A stretch of 64,000 bases of DNA from the NCBI GenBank assembly GCA_963716255.1, contig OY970303.1:1280001-1344000 (forward strand), read 5' to 3'. The notes under the pieces were generated by a model. The model worked only from the letters and a program-made list of their open reading frames with translations, was not told where the DNA came from and did not search any database. Below are positions 1-11,419 of this stretch, in pieces. How positions within the stretch are numbered: the first letter of the stretch is position 1; the number at the start of each line of letters is the position of its first letter. Origin of the DNA: an uncultured Gemmatimonadales bacterium (GTDB lineage Bacteria; Gemmatimonadota; Gemmatimonadetes; Longimicrobiales; Longimicrobiaceae). The position numbers and the translations under genes were made by a program.

Positions 1-780
1 GCTCGTGCCGCCGATCCCCGCGTCGCGCACCAGGTCGAACCGGCTGCGGTCCATCACCTCCACCGCGCGCACCGGGAAGCGGCTCAGCAGGCAGAGCTGG
101 CCGTCGCGGCGCAGCGCCCATCCGCCCACCCGTCCCAGGGCCGCGGCCACCGGGTCGGTGCACTCCTGGACGGCCACCACGTGGGGCCGCCACTCCGCCA
201 CCCGGGCGATCAGCCGCTCCGCCGCCCAGGGCTCCCCCGCGGCGTTCAGCGTCACCACGCGCACCGTGCCCGGCGCCGGCCCGCCGTGCAGCAGGGAGCG
301 CCAGCCCAGGCGCAGCCCCATCACCGGGAACAGCATCACCAGCGCCGCCACGGCGAGGGGAAGCAGGAGCGTCCGGCGGAGGAGGGCGGCCGCCGGGAGC
401 AGGAGGGCGAGCGGGAGGAGGAGCACCCAGCGCGGGCCGAACAGGTACACCGTCGCCGGCCACCAGCGGTCGCCCGCCGTCCAGAGCACCGCGCACACCA
501 CACCCACCAGCGCGGCGTAGCCCCAGGCGGCGCGGCCCAGCCAGCACACCAGGAGCGGCGGCGCCGCGGGGCGCGCCCGGATCGCGGCGGCGACGGCGCC
601 GCGCAGGGCGGAAAAGGGACGCTTCGCCGCGGCGCCGGCGGCCGGCGGGGCGGCCGCCTCCTGCCGGGGAGGCGGAAGGCGGATGGGGATGTGACGGCCG
701 CAGGGACAGTGCAGCACCCGGCCCACGTGCTGCTCGTCGGCGTGGAACAGCTCGCCGCAGCGGCAGCGGATGCGGATCAC
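1..780 (-). CDS. Membrane-anchored endonuclease/exonuclease/phosphatase (EEP) family protein with N-terminal Zn-ribbon; 3' end runs off the window
   Basis: Own translation from GTG at 780 (overlaps the upstream stop, GTGA): MIRIRCRCGELFHADEQHVGRVLHCPCG..., hydrophobic segments, then VRVVTLNAAG...PHVVAVQEC...LCLLSRFP typical of EEP. Not in the ORF track because it has no stop in the window. Confidence 0.8.
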   Translation of the reverse strand, partial: MIRIRCRCGELFHADEQHVGRVLHCPCGRHIPIRLPPPRQEAAAPPAAGAAAKRPFSALRGAVAAAIRARPAAPPLLVCWLGRAAWGYAALVGVVCAVLWTAGDRWWPATVYLFGPRWVLLLPLALLLPAAALLRRTLLLPLAVAALVMLFPVMGLRLGWRSLLHGGPAPGTVRVVTLNAAGEPWAAERLIARVAEWRPHVVAVQECTDPVAAALGRVGGWALRRDGQLCLLSRFPVRAVEVMDRSRFDLVRDAGIGGTS

Positions 781-1598
781 GGCGTGCCGGGGAAGCCGCT
801 TTCCGGCCCCGGCGGCTCCGGCTTCCGCCCGGACGCCATCACCATGTTCGTCAGCGCGAAGAACGTCCCGGCCTCGTCCGCGGCGCGCCAGCTCCCCTCC
901 AGGCGCGCGACCTCGTCCGCCGTCATCACGCCCGCGCGCACCGCCTCGTCCGCCGCCGTGTCCATGCGCGACAGGAGGCGCCAGAGCGCGTAGTCGGTGA
1001 CGTACAGCGGAACCACGTCCACTGCGACCTCCTCCAGCCCGGCGCGCCTCGCCATCCCGAACAGCCGCCGCCCGGAGTAGCCGTTGGCCAGGCACAGCTC
1101 CGCCAGGACGCGCGCCATGCGCCGCTCCAGCTCCACCTCGGCCGTGTCCACCGAGCGGGTGCCCCAGTCGGTGTCCATCACCACCACCCGGCCGCCGGGC
1201 CGCGCCACGCGCACCATCTCGGCCAGCGCCGCCTCCGGGCGCGCGAGGTGCAGGAACAGGCGCTCGCAGCGCACCGCGTGGAAGCGGTCCCCCGCGAAAG
1301 GCAGCGCCGTCGCGTCCGCCTGCCGGTGCTCCACCCGGCCGGCCACCCCCGCCTGCGCGGCGCGGCGATCGGCCTCGGCGACCATCGCGGGGTCCTGGTC
1401 CACCCCGATCACGCGGCCGGCGGCTCCCACCCGCTCCGCCAGCGGCACCGTGTCCGTGCCGGGGCCGCACCCCACGTCCAGCACCTCCGCGCCGGGGGCC
1501 AGGCGCATGCGCTCGTAGCTCAGGCGCTTGCCCTCCGCGGCGAGGCGGGCGGCCGCGTCCAGGTAGGCGGGATCCACGTATCCGGGAGCGTGCGTCAC
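777..1598 (-). CDS. Class I SAM-dependent methyltransferase (UbiE-like)
   Basis: VLDVGCGPG motif I, ADATALPF, RPGGRVVV; GTG start overlapping the stop of the upstream hydrolase. Confidence 0.88.
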   Translation of the reverse strand: MTHAPGYVDPAYLDAAARLAAEGKRLSYERMRLAPGAEVLDVGCGPGTDTVPLAERVGAAGRVIGVDQDPAMVAEADRRAAQAGVAGRVEHRQADATALPFAGDRFHAVRCERLFLHLARPEAALAEMVRVARPGGRVVVMDTDWGTRSVDTAEVELERRMARVLAELCLANGYSGRRLFGMARRAGLEEVAVDVVPLYVTDYALWRLLSRMDTAADEAVRAGVMTADEVARLEGSWRAADEAGTFFALTNMVMASGRKPEPPGPESGFPGTP

Positions 1599-2497
1599 GG
1601 GTCCGGGGGAGCAGGGGGGAGGAGGAAGGCGCGGATCTCGTCCGCCACGCGGTCGCGGGCGGAAAGGAAGAAGTAGTGGCCGCCGGGAACCTCCACCACC
1701 CTGCCCTGCCGGGCTTCGCGGCGGAAGCGCTCGACCGCCGCGCGCCGCCAGGGCAGACGGATTCCCCACAGGTATTCCTCGGCGCGCCGGCGGGCCGCCG
1801 CGTCGGCCGGGTCCAGCCAGCCGAAGTGCGACTCCACCGACTCCGCGGCGACCAGCGCCAGCGCGGGGCAGCACAGCGCCCCGAAGGGCGGCGGGTGCGC
1901 GGCCGCCTCGGCCATGACCGGGTACAGCAGCTCCAGGCGGCGGATTTCCTCGACCGCCGGGGCGCGCGCGGCCAGGTCGGCCTCCAGAGCCTCGCACCAG
2001 AAGCCAGGGACGTAGCGGCGCAGCCACTCGCGCTGCTGGAAGGCGTCGCCCAGCAGCGGCCGGGAGGGGGGTGGAAAGGGGTTGCGGACGACGACCGGGT
2101 CGCGGCCCGCGTAGTCGACGATGCCGTCCAGGTAGACCACGTGGCTCACCCGCTCCGGGTGGTCCGCCGCCAGCCGCGTCGCCACCACGCCCGCGAACGA
2201 GTGCGCCACCAGCGCGGCCCGCTCCATCCCCAGCTCGTCCATCGCCCCCCGCAGCTCCGCCGCCAGGCCGGCCACGGTGTACCCGTCCCCGGGCGTCGCC
2301 GACGCGCCGTGCGCGCGCGGCGTCACCGCGGCCACGCGGCGGTCCGCCGCCAGGGCGGGCGCCAGCTCCCGGAACACGTGCGCGCTGTGCCCCAGCCCCG
2401 GAAGCAGGAGCAGGGGGTCGCCCTCGTCGCCCCACAGCAGGCAGTGCAGCCGCACGCCGCCGGGCTCCACGAAGACGCTCCGCGGCTCCGGCGTCAT
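1595..2497 (-). CDS. Alpha/beta fold hydrolase
   Basis: LLLLPGLG, PRAHGAS, nucleophile elbow AHSFAG, C-terminal GGHY. Confidence 0.85.
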   Translation of the reverse strand: MTPEPRSVFVEPGGVRLHCLLWGDEGDPLLLLPGLGHSAHVFRELAPALAADRRVAAVTPRAHGASATPGDGYTVAGLAAELRGAMDELGMERAALVAHSFAGVVATRLAADHPERVSHVVYLDGIVDYAGRDPVVVRNPFPPPSRPLLGDAFQQREWLRRYVPGFWCEALEADLAARAPAVEEIRRLELLYPVMAEAAAHPPPFGALCCPALALVAAESVESHFGWLDPADAAARRRAEEYLWGIRLPWRRAAVERFRREARQGRVVEVPGGHYFFLSARDRVADEIRAFLLPPAPPDP

Positions 2498-2534
2498 CGG
2501 GCGCCGCCCGGCGTGGACCCGCCCACGGGCACCG

Positions 2535-4205
2535 CTACCGCTCCAGCATGGGAATGCGCACGCCCCGGTCGCGGGCGGTCTCCACCGCCGTCTCGTACCC
2601 GGCGTCGGCGTGGCGCGCCACCCCCATCCCCGGGTCGTTGGTGAGGACGCGCTCCAGCCGCTCGCGCATCTCCGGGGTGCCGTCCGCCACGATCACCTGC
2701 CCCGCGTGCAGCGAGTTGCCGATCCCCACCCCGCCGCCGTGGTGGAACGAAACCCACGAGGCGCCGCTCGCCACGTTGACCAGGGCGTTCAGGATCGCCC
2801 AGTCCGCGATGGCGTCGCTCCCGTCCTTCATCGCCTCCGTCTCGCGGAAGGGCGAGGCCACCGAGCCGGTGTCCAGGTGGTCGCGCCCGATCACGATGGG
2901 CGCCCGGAGCTCGCCGCTCGCCACCAGGTCGTTGAGCGCCACCCCGAACTTCGCGCGCTCCCCCTGCCCCAGCCAGCAGATGCGCGCCGGGAGCCCCTGG
3001 AAGGCCACCTTCTCCCGCGCGTGGGTGATCCAGCGGTGCAGGTGCTCGTCCTCCGGGAACAGCTCCAGCACCAGCTCGTCCGTGCGGTGGATGTCGGCGG
3101 GGTCGCCGGAGAGCGCCACCCAGCGGAAGGGGCCCTTGCCCTCGCAGAAGAGCGGGCGGACGTACGCCGGGACGAAGCCGGGGAAGGCGAAGGCGTCGGC
3201 GAAGCCCGCGTCCAGCGCCTGGGTGCGCAGGTTGTTGCCGTAGTCGAAGGTGACGGCGCCGGCGCGCATCATCTCCACCATGGCCTCGCAGTGCACGCGC
3301 ATGGATGCCGTGGAGCGGCGCACGTACTCCCGCGGGTCGCGCTCGCGCAGCTCCGCCGCCGCCGCCAGCGACATCCCCGCCGGGACGTAGCCCACCAGGG
3401 CGTCGTGGGCGCTGGTCTGGTCGGTGAGCGCGTCCGGCACCACGCCGCGCCGCAGCAGCTCCGGCAGCACCTCCGCGCAGTTGCCCACCAGCCCCACGGA
3501 CAGCGCCTCGCCCCGGGTGCGGGCGTCCAGCGTCCAGCCGAGCGCCTCGTCCAGGTCGTGCGTCATGCGGTCGCAATAGCGCGTGTCCAGGCGCCTCCGG
3601 ATGCGGTGCGGGTCCACGTCCACGCACAGCACCGCGCCGCCGTTCATGGTCACCGCCAGCGGCTGCGCGCCGCCCATCCCGCCCATCCCGCCGGTCAGCG
3701 TCCACGTCCCCCGCAGGCTCCCCCCGAAGTGCTGCCGCGCCACCGCCGCGAAGGTCTCGTACGTCCCCTGGAGGATCCCCTGCGTGCCGATGTAGATCCA
3801 CGACCCGGCCGTCATCTGGCCATACATGGTGAGCCCCTGCCGCTCCAGCTCGCGGAAGGTGTCCCAGTTCGCCCAGCGGGGCACCAGGTTGCTGTTGGCG
3901 ATCAGCACCCGCGGCGAGTGCCGGTGCGTGCGGAACACCGCCACCGGCTTCCCCGACTGGACGATCAGCGTCTCGTCGTCCGCGAGGGTGCGCAGCGTCG
4001 CCACGATCGCATCGAACGCCTCCCACGAGCGCGCCGCTTTCCCCGTGCCGCCGTACACGACCAGGTCCTCCGGGCGCTCGGCCACGTCCGGGTCCAGGTT
4101 GTTCATCAGCATCCGCAGGGCGGCCTCCTGGTGCCACCCGCGGCAGGAGATCTCGGTTCCGCGGGGCGCGCGGATGGTGCGGGGTTCGATTTCAGTCGTG
4201 CTCAT
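2535..4205 (-). CDS. hutU: Urocanate hydratase
   Basis: [59 protein letters not shown]. Confidence 0.98.
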   Translation of the reverse strand: MSTTEIEPRTIRAPRGTEISCRGWHQEAALRMLMNNLDPDVAERPEDLVVYGGTGKAARSWEAFDAIVATLRTLADDETLIVQSGKPVAVFRTHRHSPRVLIANSNLVPRWANWDTFRELERQGLTMYGQMTAGSWIYIGTQGILQGTYETFAAVARQHFGGSLRGTWTLTGGMGGMGGAQPLAVTMNGGAVLCVDVDPHRIRRRLDTRYCDRMTHDLDEALGWTLDARTRGEALSVGLVGNCAEVLPELLRRGVVPDALTDQTSAHDALVGYVPAGMSLAAAAELRERDPREYVRRSTASMRVHCEAMVEMMRAGAVTFDYGNNLRTQALDAGFADAFAFPGFVPAYVRPLFCEGKGPFRWVALSGDPADIHRTDELVLELFPEDEHLHRWITHAREKVAFQGLPARICWLGQGERAKFGVALNDLVASGELRAPIVIGRDHLDTGSVASPFRETEAMKDGSDAIADWAILNALVNVASGASWVSFHHGGGVGIGNSLHAGQVIVADGTPEMRERLERVLTNDPGMGVARHADAGYETAVETARDRGVRIPMLER

Positions 4206-4286
4206 GGTTCGGAGGGCGAAAGTAAGTCTGTCGCGCCGGGCGAGAAGGCCCCCTCCCCCGGCCAGTCGAAGCGGCCCGGCAACGGC

Positions 4287-5819
4287 TCACCCCCGCCACA
4301 GCTCGGCCAGCACGCCCTCGCGCACCAGCGCGGTCGCGGCCTCGATGTCGGGCGCGAGGATGCGGTCTCCGGTGAGCGGCGGGATGCGCTCGCGGACGAT
4401 CTCGTAGGCGCGCTCCACGCCGCGGCCGGGGCGCAGCGGCTTGTGGAACTCCAGCGCCTGCATGGCGCACATCAGCTCGATCCCCAGAACCGTCTCCGTG
4501 TTGCGCAGCACCCTGCGCGCCTTGACGGCGGCGTGCGCGCCCATGGAGACGTGGTCCTCCTTGTTGGCGTCGGTGGGGATGGAATCCACGCTCGCCGGGT
4601 GGGACAGCACCTTGTTCTCGCTCACCAGCGCCGCGGCGGTGATCTGCGCCATCATGAAGCCGGAGTGCACGCCGGGGTCGCTCACCAGGAACGCCGGGAG
4701 GCCGGACAGGTCGGGGTTCACCAGCCGCTCGACGCGCCGCTCCGAGATGGAGGCCAGGTCCGCCAGGGCGATGGCGAGCAGGTCCAGCACCTGCGACACC
4801 GGCTGCCCGTGGAAGTTGCCGCCACTGACGACCAGCCCCCCGTCTCCCTCGTCCGGGAAGATCAGCGGGTTGTCGGTGGCGCTGTTGGCCTCCGTCTCCA
4901 GCACGCCGTGGATGTACGCCAGGGCGTTGCGCGCGGCGCCGTGTACCTGCGGCATGCAGCGGAGCGCGTAGGCGTCCTGCACGCGCGGGTCGCCGTAGCG
5001 GTGCGACTCGCGGATCTCGCTGTCCGCCAGCAGGGCGCGCAGGCGCTCGGCGCTGGCGAGCTGGCCGGGGTGCGGCCGGACGCGCTGGATGGCGGGGTGG
5101 AAGGCGTCCGGCGTTCCCCTGAGCCCCTCCAGCGACGCCGCGCCGATCACCTCGGCAGCCTCCACCGCGCGCTCCGCCGCAACCAGGGACAGCGCCCCCA
5201 GCCCGGTCATGAACTGCGTGCCGTTGTTGAGGGCGAGCCCCTCCTTGGCCTGCAGCCGCACCGGCTCCAGTCCCACACGCCTGAGCGCCTCCGCGCCGGC
5301 GAGGATCTCGCCGCCCACCTCGGCGTGGCCCTCGCCCACCAGCACCAGCGCCAGGTGCGAGAGCGGCGCCAGGTCGCCGGAGGCGCCCACGGAGCCCTGC
5401 TCGGGGATCACCGGGGTGACGCCGCGGTTGAGCAGTTCCAGGAGCAGCCCCACCACCTCGGGGCGGATCCCCGAGAACCCCTTGGCCAGCACGTTGGCGC
5501 GGAGCAGGGTGACCGCCCGCGCCTCCTCGCGCGGGATCGGCGCGCCCACGCCGCAGGCGTGGCTGCGGATCAGGTTGATCTGCAGCTCCTCCAGGCGGTC
5601 CAGCGGGATGGCCACCTCCGACAGGCGGCCGAAGCCGGTGGTGAGCCCGTACACCACCCGCCCCTCCGCCACGGCGCGCTCCACCACGGCGCGCGAGCGG
5701 CGCATGCGCTCCACGGCGTCCGCGGTCAGCTCCACCCGCGCGCCGCCGCGCGCCACCCGCTCCACGTCTTCCAGGGTGAGGCCGTCCCCGTCGATCCCGA
5801 TCTGCTCCGCTGCTTGCAT
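4287..5819 (-). CDS. hutH: Histidine ammonia-lyase
   Basis: [20 protein letters not shown] (MIO-forming ASG), [14 protein letters not shown]; adjacent to hutU. Confidence 0.97.
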   Translation of the reverse strand: MQAAEQIGIDGDGLTLEDVERVARGGARVELTADAVERMRRSRAVVERAVAEGRVVYGLTTGFGRLSEVAIPLDRLEELQINLIRSHACGVGAPIPREEARAVTLLRANVLAKGFSGIRPEVVGLLLELLNRGVTPVIPEQGSVGASGDLAPLSHLALVLVGEGHAEVGGEILAGAEALRRVGLEPVRLQAKEGLALNNGTQFMTGLGALSLVAAERAVEAAEVIGAASLEGLRGTPDAFHPAIQRVRPHPGQLASAERLRALLADSEIRESHRYGDPRVQDAYALRCMPQVHGAARNALAYIHGVLETEANSATDNPLIFPDEGDGGLVVSGGNFHGQPVSQVLDLLAIALADLASISERRVERLVNPDLSGLPAFLVSDPGVHSGFMMAQITAAALVSENKVLSHPASVDSIPTDANKEDHVSMGAHAAVKARRVLRNTETVLGIELMCAMQALEFHKPLRPGRGVERAYEIVRERIPPLTGDRILAPDIEAATALVREGVLAELWRG

Positions 5820-5885
5820 CGTCGCTCCACGCTGAAGGGCGAGACAAGATACCAGGCCGCTCTTTGGCGAACAACGGAGCCCCCC

Positions 5886-5923
5886 GGAAAAAGGGGCGGG
5901 CCGCCCCGGATGGGGGCGGCCCG
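5886..5923 (-). terminator. Probable intrinsic terminator after the lipoprotein gene
   Basis: GC stem gcgggccgcccc/ggggcggcccgc followed on the minus strand by a T-run. Confidence 0.5.
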
Positions 5924-5949
5924 CGTACGCGAGCGGCGTGCGGAGCCGG

Positions 5950-7134
5950 TCAGGCGGGATTGCGGCTCAGGCGCGGCTCGTCCGGGCGGGCCTGGTACGC
6001 CCAGTCGAAGATCATCAGCGCGTTGCCGCCGCTGTTCCCCAGGATGGAGGCGCGGACCACCGCGTAGTGGATGCGCCCGTCGCTCCCCCGCACCCGGAAC
6101 ACGTAGCTGAACTCCGGGTCCACCGCCACGGGGCTGCGGGAGTAGCCGGTCGTGGGCGCCTGGAAGGCGGCGCGGCACCCGGCGTCGCGCCCCGGGCCGC
6201 ACACCAGCGCCGTGGTCAGCCCCGCGCTCACCACCTCGGTCTCGCCCAGCGGGCGGATCTGCCAGCGCCCGCCCGCGATCTCCAGCCGCCACTGCGCCTG
6301 CGGCGAGTCGCCGGAAAGGATGGGGTCCTGGTCGTCCGCCGCGGGGAAGCGGAAGCCGCTGCGCGCCGTGCTGTCGCCGTACGCGTACACCAGCTCGCCG
6401 TGGAAGTCCGGCCGCGGCACGCCGGTGATCACCGGGCTCAGGTCGCTCACCTGCCCCAGCGTGTCCAGCGCGGCGACGCGGTACCCGTAGACGCTGCCGT
6501 TGCGCGCCCGCAGGTCCAGGAAGCCGGTGGCATCGGTCTCGCCCACCTGGTAGAACGGGTTCACCGGCGCGCCGTTCAGGCTGACCAGCACCACCTGGTA
6601 CTTCCACAGGCCGTCGCCAGAGCCGCCGTCGCGCCAGCGGACGTAGAGCGAGTTGTCCAGCGCGAACACGCTGTCCGCCCTGGGCGCGGGCGGCGGCGAG
6701 TAGGTGGGAACGCCCACCGCCACGCGATAGTCGGAGGGCGCCTCGGCGCCGCTGAACTCGTCCGCCGTGGACACGAAGTACTCGTACGTCCGCCCGCCCA
6801 CCACGTTGATGTCCACGAAGCGGCACTCGCCGCTCTCGCACGAGGTGGTGGTGCCCACCAGCGCGAAGCTCCCCTGCCCCGAGCGCCGCCCGTAGACGCG
6901 GAACGGGTCGCCCTGCCAGTCGGAGGGGAGGGTCCACTCCACCAGCACCGAGGGATGCCCCACCGGGCGGCCGGTCTGCTGGTTCCAGCCCTGGAAGATC
7001 CACTCGTAGCGGGCGTCGACGTCCTCGGGCCCGTCGATGTCCGGGACGTAGCCGCCCGGGGAGTTGATGTCGATGTCGCACCCGGCGAGGACCAGGGCGG
7101 CGAGGAGGAGCGGGGAGCGGGCGCGTGTGAACAT
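5950..7134 (-). CDS. Hypothetical lipoprotein with fibronectin type III-like domains
   Basis: Signal peptide with lipobox LVLAGC; Fn3-like motifs (LVEW..., [22 protein letters not shown]); start trimmed to ATG 7134. Confidence 0.7.
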   Translation of the reverse strand: MFTRARSPLLLAALVLAGCDIDINSPGGYVPDIDGPEDVDARYEWIFQGWNQQTGRPVGHPSVLVEWTLPSDWQGDPFRVYGRRSGQGSFALVGTTTSCESGECRFVDINVVGGRTYEYFVSTADEFSGAEAPSDYRVAVGVPTYSPPPAPRADSVFALDNSLYVRWRDGGSGDGLWKYQVVLVSLNGAPVNPFYQVGETDATGFLDLRARNGSVYGYRVAALDTLGQVSDLSPVITGVPRPDFHGELVYAYGDSTARSGFRFPAADDQDPILSGDSPQAQWRLEIAGGRWQIRPLGETEVVSAGLTTALVCGPGRDAGCRAAFQAPTTGYSRSPVAVDPEFSYVFRVRGSDGRIHYAVVRASILGNSGGNALMIFDWAYQARPDEPRLSRNPA

Positions 7135-7501
7135 GGTGTCCTCGAAGGTCCGGAGCGGTCGCGGATACCGGCGCGGCATCCACGGCCCCGGAAAAGGCAA
7201 CTGTCATTCCGGGAGGACACCACACCCCGCCGAGAAAAGCAAGGCGATGCGCCACAACCGGTTATAAGAAAAACCCAGCACACGGACCTGCAGCGGCCGG
7301 TCCCCACTGTGTCCGCGCGGCGGGAACGCGGTGTCGCTCACGTGAGACAAGCGGCGCGGCGAGGGCCCCCACCCGGCGGCCTGAGAGCCGCAACCCTCCC
7401 CCTTCATCCGGTTCACGCGAAGCGTGAAGCGCCATTCTGGGGGAGGGCTCGCCGCAGGTCGGGCATGGGTGCTTGCCTGGGCGGACGGGTGTCGTGCCGT
7501 T

Positions 7502-7660
7502 GCCGTTCCGCAGTATCCATCAAATCCTTTGCGGAGGGAGACCCGCCGGCAGTTTGGCGGGGCTCCCGCAGCCGGAGCGGAGACACCGGGGCCGTTTCCG
7601 GTGGCTCCGCGACCCGCGCAGGAGACGGACGGCTGTATCGTCCGGCTCCGGAGCGGCCCC
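7502..7660 (+). repeat. Family A modular hairpin repeat, copy A1 (three GAGAC..GGCTC hairpins)
   Basis: gccgttccgcagta...cggagg-[gagac-stem-loop-stem-ggctc]x3-cggagcggcccc; five other copies in the window. Confidence 0.9.
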
Positions 7661-7722
7661 AAAGACGAAAGCCGCCCCGACACCCGGAGCGGCCCTCGAA
7701 AATCCACCGGAAGCGGCTCGAA

Positions 7723-10590
7723 CTACTGGCGCCGGTCCACCCCGATGTCCCGCTCGTTGTAGTCCACCTTGAGGTCCGGCAGGTCCTTGAGGTGCACGGA
7801 GAACTGGAACGACGTGTTCCCCACCGGAGTCCGGTAGAAGCTGAAGTTGGCCTGCCACCGGTACAGGTCGCGCACCAGCGTCAGCGAGTGGGCCCCGAAC
7901 TCCGCGTCGGTCATGTTGTAGCTGGTGGCCCAGTTCACCGCCCAGTTGGCCGTGGGCGAGAAGGAGAGCGTCCCGTTGAGCGTCTGGTTCTCGCCGCTGT
8001 TGCCGAAGCCGCTGAAGGCGTTGGGCCGCGGCCTCACCAGCTGGTAGTTGACGTTCATGCTCCACGGGCCGCCCCCCGCCTGCTGCGGGTTCGCGGTGGA
8101 GGTGGTGGTGGCCGGCCGGTCCCCCGGGGCCCGCGTGGAGTCGCCCGGCACCATCTTGTCGCCGGGCGTCATGGACGCGTCGGTGCCACGGCGCCGCCCG
8201 AAGCCCAGGAGGCGGAAGAGGGCCGAGTTCTGCCCCAGCGTGAAGCCGGTGCTGAGCGTGGAAAGCTGCGGCGCGAACGCCCCGCGGACGAACGGGTCGC
8301 GCGCCACCTGGTTGGCGGTGGAGTCCTGTCGCGAAGGGTCGCCGAACAGGTCCACGCCGAACTGGATGGTGAGCCCCTGGAGGAAGTCGGAGCGCAGGCT
8401 GCCGGACACCTGGTCGGAGGTGAAGCCGTTGAGCCCGCGCGACGCCCGCGCGAAGTCGTACTCCAGCGCGCTCGCGTTGATGGCCAGGAGCGTGACCTTG
8501 CGCGCGTCCTGCGGCGTGGGCGCGGCGCCCCCGGCGGCGCGGGTGCTGTCCGAGGCGGTGTCGCCCGGCTGCGGCCGCGAGGGCGAGCGCAGCTTTGCCT
8601 CGAAGGTCTGGTCCAGCGTCAGCGAGATGCGGTTCTGCGTCTCGCCCACCTGCGTTCCGAAGATGGAGTCCTGCAGCGCGGTGGAGGCGACCTTGGGCGA
8701 GTACGTGTACGAGAGCCCCGGCCGGATGTGGTGGCGGATGCGCTCCACGCCGCCGACGCCCGGGAAGAAGCCGAACAGGTCGGTGTTGAGCTGCGCGCCG
8801 AAGTTGGTGCGCAGCGGCCCGGCCACGTACCCGTCCTGCCCGGTCACGCGCTGGCTGGCGGTGTCGCGCCGGACCTCCTGCGACAGCGACAGGTTGGGGG
8901 CGATGAAAGTGGACCCGATCAGGTTCTGCTGGTAGCTGATGGCCGAGCTCCACTGCCCCTGGTCGTTGGCGAACGAGACCGTGTCCGTGCCCGCGGGGAG
9001 GATCAGCGGGCGGGCGGCGAAGCCCTGCAGCGCGTTGCGGTTCAGCGACGCGCTGTTGCTCAGGCTGAGGTTCCCCACCCGGACGGAGTTGCTGAGCTGG
9101 AACTGCGCCCGCCGCTCCTCGGTGCTGCGGAAGGAGCGGGTCAGCAGTTGCTCCTCGAAGGGGACCTGGATCCCGCTCTGCGAGCCGGTGGCCGCCAGGG
9201 TGACCGTGACGTCGTTGTACCAGCTCGCCTGGTCGGCCGAGGCCGAGCGGAAGAGCGTCAGGGCGTTGGGCGTGATCCCGAAGCTGGGGAAGGTCCACTC
9301 CACGCGGTCGTTGCCCAGCGACTGGCGGCGCTGGGCGCCCAGGTTGGCCTGCCCCCAGTCGAAGCGCCGGTCCAGCGAGAAGCTGGAGGTGAGGTCCTGC
9401 GTAGCCTCCAGCGGGTCGATGCTCCGCCGCCGCACGTAGTCGGACGACGACGCGTAGCTCCCCTGGAACGCCATGTTGGTGCGCTCGTCGGGCTTCCAGC
9501 TGGCGTTGCCGGCCAGCGTGCGCTGCCGGGGGCCGTCGTCGGGAAAGTACTGCCGCCAGCTGGCGCTGCCGTTCAGGAAGCGGCGGCGCAGGTTGAAGTC
9601 CAGCGTACCGGTGAGCGAGGTGTACGAGTTGCTGCGCCACTCGCTGGCGACCTGCCCGCCCATGTACTGGTTGATGGCCCAGTAGTAGCCGACGTTGGAG
9701 ATCTGCCGCTGGTAGCCGGACGAGGTGCGGACGATGTCGTTGATCCCGAAGCGCGGCGTCAGGATCCCGCTGCGCCGGCCGCGCTCCATGTCCTGCACGA
9801 TGAAGGGGAGCCACGCCACCGGGACGTTGCGGAAGTACAGCACCGCGGGCCGCCCCACCAGCAGGCGGTCCTTGATCACCATGGTCTTGCCGGCCTCGAA
9901 GTGGTACTGCGGCTCCTCGCGCTCGTCCGAGGTGAAGGTGCTCCCCTGGGCGTAGATGCGGTTGGTCTCCTGCTCGGCGGCCACCTTCCGGCCGCGCACG
10001 TACCAGGTGGCCCCCGAGGCGTACTGGGTGCGCCCGCCCTCCACCAGCGCCACCTTGCGCTCCAGGTCGTAGACCAGGACGTCGCCCTCCAGGTTCTGCC
10101 CCTCGCCGCTCACCTTGGGGTTGCCCAGCGCCGTGGCGACCTTGCTGCGGTCCTGGTAGACGATGGTGTCGGCGTTGAGCGTCTGCCCGGCGCGCTGCAC
10201 CTCGGCGGCGCCGCGCAGCACCAGCACGGCGGAGTCGGCGGTGAACTGCGCGTCGGTCCCCTTGTACTGCACCGGGGTGTACCCCTCCAGCTTGAGCAGC
10301 TCGTCGAAGACGGGGTCCGGCTCCTGGGGGGCCGCGGGCGTGGTGTCTCGCCCGGCACCCGGGGCGCCGGGCGCCCGGGGCGTGCGCGCGGTGTCGCGCG
10401 GCGCGGCCGCGGGCGGACGCTGCGCGCCCGGGGGATCCGGCGCCGGACGCTTGGCGCCGGGAACGGTGTCGCCGGCGGCGGCGCGCTCGAGGCGCGGAGC
10501 GCGGGCGGTCTGCTGCGCGGCGGCGAGCGTCACCAGCGCGCCCAGGGCGAGGGCGCAGGCCGCGGCGTGGGTCAGGGGCGTGCGCTGCAC
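7723..10590 (-). CDS. Putative LPS-assembly outer-membrane protein (LptD-like)
   Basis: Signal peptide; OstA-like beta-jellyroll region (LNADTIVY...ATALGNP); FTSD...PQYHF; RRSGILTPRFG; C-terminal beta-barrel with RDLYRWQANF. Confidence 0.75.
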   Translation of the reverse strand: MQRTPLTHAAACALALGALVTLAAAQQTARAPRLERAAAGDTVPGAKRPAPDPPGAQRPPAAAPRDTARTPRAPGAPGAGRDTTPAAPQEPDPVFDELLKLEGYTPVQYKGTDAQFTADSAVLVLRGAAEVQRAGQTLNADTIVYQDRSKVATALGNPKVSGEGQNLEGDVLVYDLERKVALVEGGRTQYASGATWYVRGRKVAAEQETNRIYAQGSTFTSDEREEPQYHFEAGKTMVIKDRLLVGRPAVLYFRNVPVAWLPFIVQDMERGRRSGILTPRFGINDIVRTSSGYQRQISNVGYYWAINQYMGGQVASEWRSNSYTSLTGTLDFNLRRRFLNGSASWRQYFPDDGPRQRTLAGNASWKPDERTNMAFQGSYASSSDYVRRRSIDPLEATQDLTSSFSLDRRFDWGQANLGAQRRQSLGNDRVEWTFPSFGITPNALTLFRSASADQASWYNDVTVTLAATGSQSGIQVPFEEQLLTRSFRSTEERRAQFQLSNSVRVGNLSLSNSASLNRNALQGFAARPLILPAGTDTVSFANDQGQWSSAISYQQNLIGSTFIAPNLSLSQEVRRDTASQRVTGQDGYVAGPLRTNFGAQLNTDLFGFFPGVGGVERIRHHIRPGLSYTYSPKVASTALQDSIFGTQVGETQNRISLTLDQTFEAKLRSPSRPQPGDTASDSTRAAGGAAPTPQDARKVTLLAINASALEYDFARASRGLNGFTSDQVSGSLRSDFLQGLTIQFGVDLFGDPSRQDSTANQVARDPFVRGAFAPQLSTLSTGFTLGQNSALFRLLGFGRRRGTDASMTPGDKMVPGDSTRAPGDRPATTTSTANPQQAGGGPWSMNVNYQLVRPRPNAFSGFGNSGENQTLNGTLSFSPTANWAVNWATSYNMTDAEFGAHSLTLVRDLYRWQANFSFYRTPVGNTSFQFSVHLKDLPDLKVDYNERDIGVDRRQ

Positions 10591-11355
10591 TCAGGCCTCC
10601 GCGGGAGCTTCGGCGAGCCGACGGCGATACACCATGCGCGACAGGACGATGCTGAACTCGTACAGGATGATCAGGGGGACCATCATCATCAGGGTGACGG
10701 TGATCACGTCGCCCGGGGTGAGGACGGCCGCCAGGACGGTGATGGCGACGATGGCGTGGCGCCGCTTGGACGCCAGGAACTCCGGGGTCACCAGCCCCAG
10801 CGCGGAAAGCACCATCACCACGATGGGAAGCTCGAACACCACGCCGAAGGACAGCAGCAGCCGGGTGACCACGCTCAGGTACTCGCCCACGACGATGGCC
10901 TGCTCCAGGCTCTCCGTCTGGAAGCCCATGGTGAAGCTGAGCGTCATGGGGAGCACGATCTCGTACGCCATGGCGACGCCCGCCGCGAACAGCAGCAGCC
11001 CCAGGTAGAGCGAGGGCACGATCACCCGCCGCTCCGAGGGGAGCAGCGCGGGCGACAGAAAGGCCCACAGCTGGTACACCACCACCGGGAGCGCCAGCAG
11101 GAACCCGCAGGTCACCGCCAGCTTCAGGGTGATGAAGAACGGCTCGGTGGGGCTCAGGTACTTGAGCTTGCCCCCGTTCAGGAACGGCTCGATGGGCTTG
11201 ATGAGCAGCCCGAGCACGTCGAAGTGCATGACCAGGAAGAAGGCCGCGCCGGTGCCCACCGCCACCGCGAGCAGGCTCCAGAGCAGCCGCCAGCGCAGCT
11301 CCTCCAGGTGGTCGAGGAACGGCATCTCCGCCGATCCGTGCTTGAACATTGCCAT
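10591..11355 (-). CDS. tatC: Twin-arginine translocase subunit TatC
   Basis: MPFLDHLEELRWRL, YQLWAFLSPAL, FELP, LTPGD, LYE motifs. Confidence 0.96.
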   Translation of the reverse strand: MAMFKHGSAEMPFLDHLEELRWRLLWSLLAVAVGTGAAFFLVMHFDVLGLLIKPIEPFLNGGKLKYLSPTEPFFITLKLAVTCGFLLALPVVVYQLWAFLSPALLPSERRVIVPSLYLGLLLFAAGVAMAYEIVLPMTLSFTMGFQTESLEQAIVVGEYLSVVTRLLLSFGVVFELPIVVMVLSALGLVTPEFLASKRRHAIVAITVLAAVLTPGDVITVTLMMMVPLIILYEFSIVLSRMVYRRRLAEAPAEA

Positions 11356-11419
11356 GCTCCAACCGCTCGCGGGCACGTCCGGTGGTGTGGGGGGGATCAG
11401 GGCAGCGCGCCGCCCCGGG

